From: an uncultured delta proteobacterium
GTDB taxonomy: Bacteria > Myxococcota_A > Polyangia > Polyangiales > JAFGIB01
Assembly: GCA_963778655.1 (NCBI GenBank)
Contig: CAVZVA010000010.1
Span: forward strand, 1,440,001 to 1,504,000
Direction of reading: 5' to 3'
DNA length: 64,000 nt
How positions within the stretch are numbered: position 1 is the first letter of the stretch; every line of letters starts with the position of its first letter. Position numbers and translations under genes: made by a program. Below, in pieces: positions 47,949-56,943 of this stretch. The notes beneath the pieces were generated by a model. The model saw only the letters and a program-made list of their open reading frames with translations, searched no databases and was not told the origin of the DNA.

Positions 47949-50645
47949 TCAGGGCGCGCGGCCGCCTTGCAGCTCGAGCTCGGCCAGGCGCAGGGCGGCG
48001 TCCTCCGGGTGGGGGTGCAGCGCGAAGCCGAGCTCGCGCATCAGCACCAGCATCTTGGAGTTCTCGGCCAGCACCTCGCCCTGCATGCGCTGCAGGCCCT
48101 TGTCGCGCGCCACTTCGATCAGCGCGGCCATCAGCGCCGAGCCCAGGCCCTTGCCTTGCCAGGCGTCGGCCACCACCAGCGCGAATTCGCAGCTCCGCCG
48201 GTCCGGCCGTTCGACGTAGCGCGCGACGCCGATCTCCTGCTCCGCAGCGCCCTCACGGGTGACGGCGATGAACGCCATCTCGCGGTCGTAGTCGATCTGG
48301 GTGAAACGCACGAGCATGGCGGCGGTGAGCTCGACCATGCCCTGGTGAAAGCGGAAGTAGCGCGACTCCGGCGACAGGTTGCGCACGAAGCTCTGCTCGA
48401 TCTGCGCGTCCTCGGGCCGGATCGGCCGCAGCACGATCGTGCGGCCGTCGTCCAGCTGCAGCGTGCGCGCGAGTCGGCCCGGGAAGGGCTGGATCGCGAC
48501 GTGATCGTAGGCGGCGAGCCCGGCGGGCGGGCGCTGCAAGACCACGCGCGCGTCGACCGCCAGCGCGCCATGCTCGTCGGCGACCAGCGGATTGATGTCG
48601 AGCTCGCGCACCTCGGGCAGCTCGCATACCAGCTCCGAGACGCGTAGCAGCACGTTCTCGATCGCGTCGAGGTCGGCTGCCGGCATGCCGCGGATCGGCC
48701 CCAGCAGCTTGCGCACGCGCGTGCGCTCGATCATGTCGCGCGCCAGCAGGCGGTTGAGCGGTGGCAGCGCCACCGCGTGGTCGTCGATCAGCTCGACCAG
48801 CGTGCCACCCGCGCCGAAGCCGATCGCGGGACCGAACGCCAGATCGCGCGCCACGCCCACCAGCAGCTCGCGGCCGTGGCGCTTGCCGTGCATGGGTTCG
48901 AGCGTGACCCCACGCAGGGTCGCGGCGGGCGCGCGCGTTTGCGCTTCCGCCATCAGCTCGCGGAAGGCCGCGCGCACGCTCTCGCCGTCGCGCAGGCCCA
49001 GGCGCACGCCGCCGACGTCCGACTTGTGGCTGAGCTCAGGCGAGTCGATCTTCATCGCCACGGGCAGACCGAGGCTCTCGGCCGCGACCAGCGCTTCGTC
49101 GGCGTCGGCTGCGCGCAGGGAAGGCGTGACGGGGATGCGGAAGGCGCGCAGCAGCGCCTTGGCTTCCAGCAGGTCGAGCTGCGTGCGTCCCTGCGCCAGC
49201 GCAGCGTCGACGATCATGCGTCCGCTCTGCGCGTCGGGCGGCGTCGGGTCGGAGAGCGGGCCGGGCACCTGCAGCAGCAGGCGCTGGTTGCGCTCGAAGC
49301 CGTACAGGTCGGCGAAGGCCTCGACCGCGGCCTCGGGCGTGGAGAGGTGTGGCAAGCCGTTGCGGATCAGCAGCTGCTGCGCCGGCCGTACCTGCGCGCC
49401 GCCGGCGAAGCACGTGAGCAGCAGCTTGCGGCTGTGCGCGCGGGCTTTGATCAGCGCGCTGGCGACCTCTGGCGGCGCGGTCATCGCCTGCGGCGACAGC
49501 AGCACGATCGCGCCGTCCACCTGCGGGTCGTCGAGCGTAAGGCGCAGCGCCTTGGCGTAGCGCTCGGGCGTGGCGTCGCCGACCAGGTCGACCGGGTTGG
49601 CGTGCGACCAGTGCGCGGGCAGCACCGCGTCGAGCGCGTGCAGCGTCTGCGGGCGCAGCTCGGCGAGCGGCAGCCCGAGGTCGGCCGCGCGGTCTGCGGC
49701 CATCACGCCCAGCCCGCCGGCGTTAGTCACGATCGCGAGGCGGTCGCCGCGGGTGCGCAGCCCGCGTGCGAGCAGCTCGGCAGCGCCAAATAGCTGCTCG
49801 AAGCTCTGCGCGCGCACCGCGCCCGCGCGCCGCAAGGCGCTGTCGAACACGGCGTCGTCGCCCACCAGCGCACCGCTGTGGGTGGCCGCGGCGCGTGCGC
49901 CCGCGGGCCGGCGCCCGGCCTTGAGCGCGACCACCGGCTTCATGCGCGCCGCTACCCGCAGCCCGCTCATGAAGCGGCGCGCGTGATCGACGCCCTCGGC
50001 GTAGATCAGGATGGCCTCGGTTTCGGCGTCGAGCGCGAGGTAGTCGAGCAGCTCGCCGAAGCCGAGGTCGGCCGCGGCGCCCAGCGAGACCACGCTCGAG
50101 AAGCCGATCTCGCGCGCCTCGGCCCAGTCCAGGATGGCGCTGCACACCGCGCCCGATTGCGAGAGCAGCGCGAGCCGCCCAGGGCGCGTGCGGGTGCTGG
50201 CGAACATCGCGTGCAGGTGCGCGCTGGGGCGCAGCAGCCCCAGACAATTGGGGCCGAGCAGGCGTACGCCGTGGCGGTGCGCGAGCTCGAGCACCTCGGC
50301 CTGCAGCCGCTCGCCCTCTGGGCCTTGCTCGGCGAAGCCCGCGGATAGCAACACCGCGCTCTTGACGCCGGCCTCGCCGCACTCGCGCATGACCTGGGGT
50401 ACGAGCGGGGCGCGCACCGCGATCAAGGCCAGATCGAGCGGGCGGCCGAGCGCAGCCACGCTGGGATGACTGGGCAGACCCTGGACCTGCGCGTGGTTGG
50501 GGTTGACGACGTAGAGCTCGCCGGGGAAGCCGGCGGCCCGCAGATTGGCCAGCAGCACCTGGCCCACGTGGCCGGGCTGCTCGCTGGCGCCGATCACGGC
50601 CAGCGAGCGGGGAGCGAACAGGCAGTCGAGGGGGTGCGGGCCCAT
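47949..50645 (-). CDS. Acyl-CoA synthetase (NDP-forming)-GNAT fusion, Pat-type protein acetyltransferase
   Basis: AVIGAS, GPNCLG, SQSGA, THSGAL, HKSDVGGV, ELDINPL, C-terminal GNAT (VADAWQGKGLG). Confidence 0.92.
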   Translation of the reverse strand: MGPHPLDCLFAPRSLAVIGASEQPGHVGQVLLANLRAAGFPGELYVVNPNHAQVQGLPSHPSVAALGRPLDLALIAVRAPLVPQVMRECGEAGVKSAVLLSAGFAEQGPEGERLQAEVLELAHRHGVRLLGPNCLGLLRPSAHLHAMFASTRTRPGRLALLSQSGAVCSAILDWAEAREIGFSSVVSLGAAADLGFGELLDYLALDAETEAILIYAEGVDHARRFMSGLRVAARMKPVVALKAGRRPAGARAAATHSGALVGDDAVFDSALRRAGAVRAQSFEQLFGAAELLARGLRTRGDRLAIVTNAGGLGVMAADRAADLGLPLAELRPQTLHALDAVLPAHWSHANPVDLVGDATPERYAKALRLTLDDPQVDGAIVLLSPQAMTAPPEVASALIKARAHSRKLLLTCFAGGAQVRPAQQLLIRNGLPHLSTPEAAVEAFADLYGFERNQRLLLQVPGPLSDPTPPDAQSGRMIVDAALAQGRTQLDLLEAKALLRAFRIPVTPSLRAADADEALVAAESLGLPVAMKIDSPELSHKSDVGGVRLGLRDGESVRAAFRELMAEAQTRAPAATLRGVTLEPMHGKRHGRELLVGVARDLAFGPAIGFGAGGTLVELIDDHAVALPPLNRLLARDMIERTRVRKLLGPIRGMPAADLDAIENVLLRVSELVCELPEVRELDINPLVADEHGALAVDARVVLQRPPAGLAAYDHVAIQPFPGRLARTLQLDDGRTIVLRPIRPEDAQIEQSFVRNLSPESRYFRFHQGMVELTAAMLVRFTQIDYDREMAFIAVTREGAAEQEIGVARYVERPDRRSCEFALVVADAWQGKGLGSALMAALIEVARDKGLQRMQGEVLAENSKMLVLMRELGFALHPHPEDAALRLAELELQGGRAP

Positions 50646-50737
50646 GGAACGCACCGAACATAGTCGCGCCGAAGGCGATTCGCGACCGCTTCGCGCAGCG
50701 CGCGAGCAAAAGTCACGCGCGCGGCTTGCGGATTGCG

Positions 50738-50760
50738 TGACAGTGTGTACTGTAACAGTA
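50738..50760. promoter_or_regulatory. Overlapping palindromic operator candidates
   Basis: TGACAGT-N4-ACTGTAA and TACTGT-A-ACAGTA in the divergent intergenic region. Confidence 0.55.
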
Positions 50761-50812
50761 TCCGAAGTCAATCATGCCGGCAGGGGCCGGCCCGCAATCC
50801 GGGGAGATCCAC

Positions 50813-51109
50813 ATGCAAGACGAAGAACGCGCCGCCATCGAACGCGAGGTGCGCACGCAGGCGATCAAGCGAGTGCGAGCCAAGCTCGGCCTGTACTGGC
50901 ATCTGTTGCTGTTCGTGCTGGTCAACGCTGCCATCGCCGCGATCAACTTGCACTACGACCCGCAGCACCTCTGGTTCGTGTGGCCGCTGGGCGCCTGGGG
51001 CACGGGGCTGCTGCTGCACGCCTTCGCCACCCTGCAGGGCCGCGGCATGAGCCAGGACATGGTGCAGGCGGAGATCCGCCGCGAGCTCGCCCGCCGAGGC
51101 GTGAGCTGA
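50813..51109 (+). CDS. 2TM-domain small membrane protein
   Basis: AIKRVRAKLGLYWHLLLFVLVN...WFVWPLGAWGTGLLLH; GGGGAG RBS. Confidence 0.85.
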   Translation: MQDEERAAIEREVRTQAIKRVRAKLGLYWHLLLFVLVNAAIAAINLHYDPQHLWFVWPLGAWGTGLLLHAFATLQGRGMSQDMVQAEIRRELARRGVS

Positions 51110-51162
51110 TGTAACCGGCGAGGGCACGCGCCCTCCCGATCCCGCCCTGCTATATTGCCGCC

Positions 51163-52545
51163 ATGGTCATGCAGCGTACCTTCTCGCCGGTCGACGGCAG
51201 CCTGTACGCGGAGCGCGAGCTGTTCGATGGCGCGCAGCTCGAGGCCGCCCTCGCCGGCGCGGCTGCCGCGCAAGCCGCCTGGAGGGCGCAGCCGCTGCCC
51301 GAGCGGATCGCCGCCTGCACGCGCCTGGTCGAGGTGATGCTCGCGCACACGCAGGCGATCGCGCAGGAGATCAGTTGGCAGATCGGCCGGCCGATCCGCC
51401 ACAGCCCGCTCGAGCTGCGCGGTTTCGCCGAGCGTGCCCGCACCATGCTGGAGCTCGCGCCGGAGGCGCTGGCCGATCTCGAGGTGGGCGAGAAGGCGGG
51501 CTTTCACCGCTTCATTCGTCACGAGCCGCTGGGGGTGGTGCTGGTGCTCGCGCCCTGGAACTACCCCTATCTCACCTCCGTCAACGCGGTGATCCCGGCG
51601 CTCGCCGCCGGCAATGCGGTGCTGCTCAAGCACTCCGATCAGACGCCGCTATGCGCCGAGCGCTACAGCGCGGCCGGGCGCGAGGCCGGCCTGCCCGCGG
51701 GGCTGTTGCAGCACGTTCACTGCACCCACGACGACGTGGCCAAGCTGATCGGCGATGCGCGGGTGGGGCTGGTGGCGTTCACCGGCTCGGTCGCAGGCGG
51801 GCACGCGGTGACGCGCGCGGCCGCCGAGCGCTTCGTCGGCGTCGGGCTCGAGCTCGGCGGCAAGGATCCGGCCTACGTGCGCGCCGACGCCGACCTCGGC
51901 CACGCGGTCGAAAACCTGGTCGACGGCGCCTTCTTCAATGCGGGCCAGTCGTGCTGCGCGGTGGAGCGCATCTACGTGCAGCGCGAGCTCTACGACGCGT
52001 TCGTCGGGGGCTTCGTCGAGCTGACCCGGCAGTACGTGCTCGGCAATCCGCTCGAGCCCGAGACCACGCTCGGGCCGCTGGTGCGCACGCGCGCGGCGGA
52101 GCTGGTGCGCACGCAGATCGCCGAAGCGCAGGCGGCCGGCGCGCGTGCGCTGATCGACGCGCGCGCGTTTACCGCGAGTAAGCCCGACACGCCGTACCTC
52201 GCGCCGCAGGTGCTGGTCGGCGTCGACCACCGCATGCGGGTGATGCGCGAGGAATCCTTTGGGCCCGTGATCGGCATCATGGCCGTGGACGATGACGAGC
52301 AGGCGCTGCGCCTGATGAACGACAGTGCGTATGGGCTGACCGCGTCGATCTGGACTCGCGACGAGGGCGCCGCGCTGGCGCTCGGCACCGGCCTGCAGAC
52401 CGGCACGGTGTTCATGAACCGCTGCGACTACCTGGATCCGGCGCTGGCCTGGACCGGCGTCAAGGACTCGGGCCGCGGCTGCACGCTCTCCAAGTTGGGA
52501 TATGGCTACCTGACCCGCCCGAAATCGTTCCATTTTCGGCTGTGA
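51163..52545 (+). CDS. Aldehyde dehydrogenase
   Basis: APWNYP, FTGS, LELGGKDP, NAGQSCC, EESFGP. Confidence 0.95.
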   Translation: MVMQRTFSPVDGSLYAERELFDGAQLEAALAGAAAAQAAWRAQPLPERIAACTRLVEVMLAHTQAIAQEISWQIGRPIRHSPLELRGFAERARTMLELAPEALADLEVGEKAGFHRFIRHEPLGVVLVLAPWNYPYLTSVNAVIPALAAGNAVLLKHSDQTPLCAERYSAAGREAGLPAGLLQHVHCTHDDVAKLIGDARVGLVAFTGSVAGGHAVTRAAAERFVGVGLELGGKDPAYVRADADLGHAVENLVDGAFFNAGQSCCAVERIYVQRELYDAFVGGFVELTRQYVLGNPLEPETTLGPLVRTRAAELVRTQIAEAQAAGARALIDARAFTASKPDTPYLAPQVLVGVDHRMRVMREESFGPVIGIMAVDDDEQALRLMNDSAYGLTASIWTRDEGAALALGTGLQTGTVFMNRCDYLDPALAWTGVKDSGRGCTLSKLGYGYLTRPKSFHFRL

Positions 52546-52561
52546 CGGCCACGCGGCGCGG

Positions 52562-54406
52562 GTGGCCCAATCGGCGGCTACCGCCTTCGGCCGGACTGAT
52601 CTATATCCACCTTCCCAACTGCTCACGCATAGGCTCCGCCCCCTCGTGTTCGAAGGCATCCGCAGCACCTACCGACTGGCCCGCGCGTTCTCGCGGGGAG
52701 GCGCGCGAAGCAACAGAACGCTCGCTGCGATATTCGAACGGCATGCGCGCTCCAGCCGGGCGGAGCATCCGTTCCTGCTGTATGGAGACCAGCGTTTCAG
52801 CTACCGCGAGGCCAACGCGCTGATCAATCGCCACGTGGGCGTCTACAAGACGCTCGGCATCGGGCGAGGCGACGTGGTCGCGCTACTGATGGACAACCGG
52901 CCCGAGTTCCTGTGGCACTTCCTGGCCGCGGGCAAGCTGGGCGCGATCGCGAGCCTGATCAACACGCACAACAGCGGCGCGCCCCTGGCGCACTCGCTGC
53001 GCATCTGCTCGCCGTCGCTGATCGTGGTCGGCTCCGAGCACGCCGAGGCATTTGAGGCCGTACGCCCCGAGCTGGGCCTTACGGCCAAGCTGCTGCTCGA
53101 CATCGATCCCGAGCAACCGGCGGGTGCGCCGCTGCCCGAGCTGCCGCTGCTCGGACCATTGTTGCAGCAGGCCAGCGAGGAGGATCCGCCCGAGACCGGA
53201 CAGCACGAGCTCAAGGACATGGCCGCGTACATCTACACCAGCGGCACGACCGGCCTGCCCAAGGCTGCGCTCGTGCGCCACCAGCGGCTCTACTTCCTGG
53301 CACACAGCTTCGCCGCCATGGTCTGGCGCCTGCGGGACGATGACGTGCTGTACAACTGCCTGCCGCTCTATCACACCAACGGTCTGGGTGGGTGCACGAG
53401 CGCGGTCATCACGCGTGGCGCCACGCTGGCGCTGGCGCGCCGCTTTTCGGCCAGCGCGTTCTGGGACGACCTGCGGCGCCACCAGGCGACGGGCTTCATC
53501 TACATCGGCGAGCTGTGCCGCTACCTGGCGGTTCGCCCCGAGCAGCCCGGTGATCGCGAGCATCGCGTGCGGGTCATGGTCGGAAACGGCTTGCGAGGCG
53601 ACATCTGGTCCGTGTTCAAGGAGCGCTTCGGCATCGAACGCATCATCGAGTTTTACGGCTCGACCGAGGGCAATGCCGCGAGCGTGAACTTCAACGGCCC
53701 GGCCGGCTCGGTCGGGCGGCTGTACCCGGGCTCTGTGCTCGCGCGTTGGGATGACGAGGCCGAGGACTTCATGCACGGTCCCGACGGCTTCTTGGTCAAG
53801 TGCAAGCGCGGCGAGCCAGGCGTGCTGCTCGGGCGCATCCGCGGCAACAACGGCTTCGACGGCTACCGCGACCGCAGCGAGACCGAGCGCAAGGTCATTC
53901 GCGGCGCCTTCCGCAAGGGCGACGCCTGGTTCAACACCGGCGACCTGCTGCGCACCGACGCGAAGGGCAACCTGTTCTTCGTCGACCGTATGGGCGACAC
54001 CTTCCGCTGGAAGGGCGAGAACGTCTCGACCTTCGAGGTGCAGGAGCAGATCGCGGGCTTCCCCGACGCGGTCGAGGTCAACGTGTACGGGGTGCGGGTG
54101 CCCGGCACCGAGGGGCGCGCCGGCATGGTCGCGCTGGTGCTGCGCAACGGCTTCGACCCGCAAGCCTTCAAGCGGCACGTCGACGCGCGGCTGGCGGCCT
54201 ATGCGCGGCCGCTGCTGGTGCGCGTCCAGGACAAGCTGGAGGTGACCTCGACCTTCAAGCTCAAGAAGGCGGGCCTGCGCGACGAGGGCTTCGACCCGAG
54301 CGTCTCGCCCGACCCGCTCTACCTGCGCCACCCGGAGCGCGACGCCTACGTGCCGCTGACTCCGGACTTGTTCGAGGAGCTGCGGGCGGGCCGCCTGCGG
54401 CTGTGA
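52562..54406 (+). CDS. Long-chain acyl-CoA synthetase (FATP-like)
   Basis: YIYTSGTTGLPKAA, YIGELCRY, EFYGSTEG, DRMGDTFRWKGENVST. Confidence 0.93.
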   Translation: MAQSAATAFGRTDLYPPSQLLTHRLRPLVFEGIRSTYRLARAFSRGGARSNRTLAAIFERHARSSRAEHPFLLYGDQRFSYREANALINRHVGVYKTLGIGRGDVVALLMDNRPEFLWHFLAAGKLGAIASLINTHNSGAPLAHSLRICSPSLIVVGSEHAEAFEAVRPELGLTAKLLLDIDPEQPAGAPLPELPLLGPLLQQASEEDPPETGQHELKDMAAYIYTSGTTGLPKAALVRHQRLYFLAHSFAAMVWRLRDDDVLYNCLPLYHTNGLGGCTSAVITRGATLALARRFSASAFWDDLRRHQATGFIYIGELCRYLAVRPEQPGDREHRVRVMVGNGLRGDIWSVFKERFGIERIIEFYGSTEGNAASVNFNGPAGSVGRLYPGSVLARWDDEAEDFMHGPDGFLVKCKRGEPGVLLGRIRGNNGFDGYRDRSETERKVIRGAFRKGDAWFNTGDLLRTDAKGNLFFVDRMGDTFRWKGENVSTFEVQEQIAGFPDAVEVNVYGVRVPGTEGRAGMVALVLRNGFDPQAFKRHVDARLAAYARPLLVRVQDKLEVTSTFKLKKAGLRDEGFDPSVSPDPLYLRHPERDAYVPLTPDLFEELRAGRLRL

Positions 54407-55992
54407 GCGGGCTGCCGCGCTGCTGCGCTTCGGCCTGCCCGCGGCAAGTAGACGCGATAGTCGTCTACCGCCAGCTTGCGATACTTCACCCGGTTCGCGA
54501 GCCGCGCGTTTTCCACCGAGTCCTTGTGAAGAACCAGCGCGGGCGCTCTCGCTCGGGCGACGAGGCGATCGTATTCGGGATGCCGACTTCCGCCGGGGTG
54601 AAGCCCTTTGCTGCTCGAGACGATCCTTTCTTGGCTTTCGAACAGCAATCTCCACTGGACGAAGTACGTGGTCCGCACGCGATCGATCCCGTTGTGATCC
54701 AAGAGGACGACGATCTTTCGTACCGAGTCTCCGGGCACGAGGACGTTGTGGATGGTTCCGTCACCCATGAGCACGTCGTCGTCCACCCATGAGCCTTGCA
54801 GGGCATCGACAGAGGTCAAGACGCCCGAGGCGAGCAGCCACAATCCGGCCAGCCAGCCCGCGGCGTATGGAAGGCCGAGCCTCGCGCGAGGCGTCGAGCA
54901 CGTGAGTCGGGACAGGCCGAGGGCGGCGAGCAAGAGAACGGGCATGAAGACCGGCAAGAAGTAGCGCGGGCTGCTATTACTGCGGTCGTTCAGCACGACC
55001 AGCGGAAGCTGGATCAGCAACTGCAAGCCGCAAAGAGCCGCGAGGTCGAGCTTTCCCTTGGCGGCTGGTTTGCGCCCGCGTGCCCAGCTGACGATCGCGA
55101 ACGAGGCTGCCGCGAGATACACGAGGGCTTCGGCGCAGGCGCGCGCGCCCGTCCGCTTTGGATAGCCGTCGACGTTGCCGGCGCGAAAGAACGCCGGCAG
55201 GTGCTCGACCAGGCGCGGAGCCACCGCGGCCCATCGTATCGAAGAATGCCTGGCCGCGCCCGAGATGTAGCGCAGGTTCGCGAAATCATGCGCAAGGTTG
55301 TAGACCAGGGCAGGCGCGAGCCCGAGCGCCGCACCGCACGCGAGCGTCAGGATGGCTTTCGTGTTGATGAAGCCCGGCCGCGTGACCGCCGTGTAGAGCG
55401 CCATCGCCAGGAAGAGCGGAGCGATCAGCTCCAGGCTGTAATAGGAGAATCCAGCCGTCAGACCCAGCACAAAGAGCCGCCCGCCGGCGTGTTGCTCATC
55501 CTCGTCGATGCTGAACAGCAGATAGAGGGAAAGGGCTGTGAAGAACGGAATCTCGGCGTAGCCGCCCCTCGCCTTGTAGCTCCATTCGAACAACGGGCTT
55601 CCAACCGCGCTCAGGCCGGCTGCCCACAAGCCGGCGCTGCCGCCCCAGGCCCTGCTGCAGAGCAAGTAGACCAGCAGCAGCGAGGCGAGCGAGAAGATCA
55701 GCGGGAATGCCTTCACCGCCACCGCAGAGATTCCCGCCAGCTTGAAGACCGCGGCCGCGAGCACGGCTTCGATCGCGCCGCCGCCGGCGTACGGCTGGCC
55801 CCAGAAGTAGACCGGTATCTCCCCGTTGCGCAGGACATGAATCGCCATCATGCCGACGACCGACTCATCGCCGTCGAGCCAACACTTCGAACGCAACAGC
55901 ACGGCCACGCGAAGCGCCGTGGTCGCCAGCAAGATCAAGCTGAAGACGCGATCTCGAGCGCTCAGTCGGGCGATCGCGGGCAGGCGCGGCAT
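54346..55992 (-). CDS. GT-C (ArnT/PMT, GT39-like) membrane glycosyltransferase
   Basis: DGDESVVGMMA, YFWGQPY, many TM helices, PRYFLP; 3' end overlaps the convergent synthetase. Confidence 0.8.
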   Translation of the reverse strand: MPRLPAIARLSARDRVFSLILLATTALRVAVLLRSKCWLDGDESVVGMMAIHVLRNGEIPVYFWGQPYAGGGAIEAVLAAAVFKLAGISAVAVKAFPLIFSLASLLLVYLLCSRAWGGSAGLWAAGLSAVGSPLFEWSYKARGGYAEIPFFTALSLYLLFSIDEDEQHAGGRLFVLGLTAGFSYYSLELIAPLFLAMALYTAVTRPGFINTKAILTLACGAALGLAPALVYNLAHDFANLRYISGAARHSSIRWAAVAPRLVEHLPAFFRAGNVDGYPKRTGARACAEALVYLAAASFAIVSWARGRKPAAKGKLDLAALCGLQLLIQLPLVVLNDRSNSSPRYFLPVFMPVLLLAALGLSRLTCSTPRARLGLPYAAGWLAGLWLLASGVLTSVDALQGSWVDDDVLMGDGTIHNVLVPGDSVRKIVVLLDHNGIDRVRTTYFVQWRLLFESQERIVSSSKGLHPGGSRHPEYDRLVARARAPALVLHKDSVENARLANRVKYRKLAVDDYRVYLPRAGRSAAARQPAHSRRRPARSSSNKSGVSGT

Positions 55993-56083
55993 GGGCGCAG
56001 CTTATGCCGGCGATCGGTCCGATTCCAATCCGCGCGACGCGTGCGCGCCGCTTGCCGCCGAGCGCGATCGATCCGGGCCCCGC

Positions 56084-56746
56084 TCAGCCCAGCTCGAGCG
56101 TCGCCAGCAGCGCGCTGTGATCGCCGCCCGACAGGCGCAGCACCTCCAGCCCGCCCACCTGCAATCCGTGCAGCAACACGTGGTCGATGCGCAGCAACCG
56201 CGGCCAGCGCGCGCCCGGGCCCCAGGTCGGACGCGGCCGCCGGCCTTGCTCGAGCGCGGCGTCGCGCAGCGTCGCGCGCAGCGCGCGATACGCCGGCATC
56301 GAGGGCAGCGAGTTGAGGTCGCCGGCGAGCACGCGCCGCAGCGGCTCGCGCCGCAGGTGCTCGCGCAGCGCGCGCACCTGCCGGCGGCGCTGGGGCAGGC
56401 GGCCGAGCGCGGTCGGCGCCGACAGATGTACGTTGAGGATCTCCAGCGTCTCGCCCAGCCCGGCCCATGCCGTGGGCTCGAGCCGTGCGCTGAGCGCGTC
56501 GCGCGTGGGCAGCGACAAACGCGAGACGCGCGCCGGCCGCCGCAGCGCCAGCCCCATCCCGCGGCAGTCGCGCGAAGGCAGCAGGAGGCCGTGCGGCAGC
56601 GCGCGTTCGATGACCTGCGCCTGCTCCGGCGCGAGCTCCTGGACCAGCACTACGTCGGGCTCACGCTCGGCGATCAGTTGTCCGAGGGCGCGCGGCTCGG
56701 CGCGGCCGTTCCACAGATTCGCGGTGAGCAGGCGCAGCGTGGTCAT
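56084..56746 (-). CDS. Endonuclease/exonuclease/phosphatase family protein
   Basis: TANL, VLVQE, NVHL, AGDLN, RIDHVL, GDH. Confidence 0.9.
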   Translation of the reverse strand: MTTLRLLTANLWNGRAEPRALGQLIAEREPDVVLVQELAPEQAQVIERALPHGLLLPSRDCRGMGLALRRPARVSRLSLPTRDALSARLEPTAWAGLGETLEILNVHLSAPTALGRLPQRRRQVRALREHLRREPLRRVLAGDLNSLPSMPAYRALRATLRDAALEQGRRPRPTWGPGARWPRLLRIDHVLLHGLQVGGLEVLRLSGGDHSALLATLELG

Positions 56747-56943
56747 GCGGCGCGAAGCATACACCGCCGAGGCTCGTGCCGAGACCCGGCTCCCTTTGCG
56801 GGCGGCGAGGCGGCTTGCGCTCGGGCTGGTGAGGCGGGCTACGGGACAACGTGCGCGCGCTCGCACAGCGCACGACAGCGGCCTGCGCTGTCGGCCCGGA
56901 CCCCCGTGGCTGCGCTTGCGCAGCGGCTTTACGCTTGAGGTGC

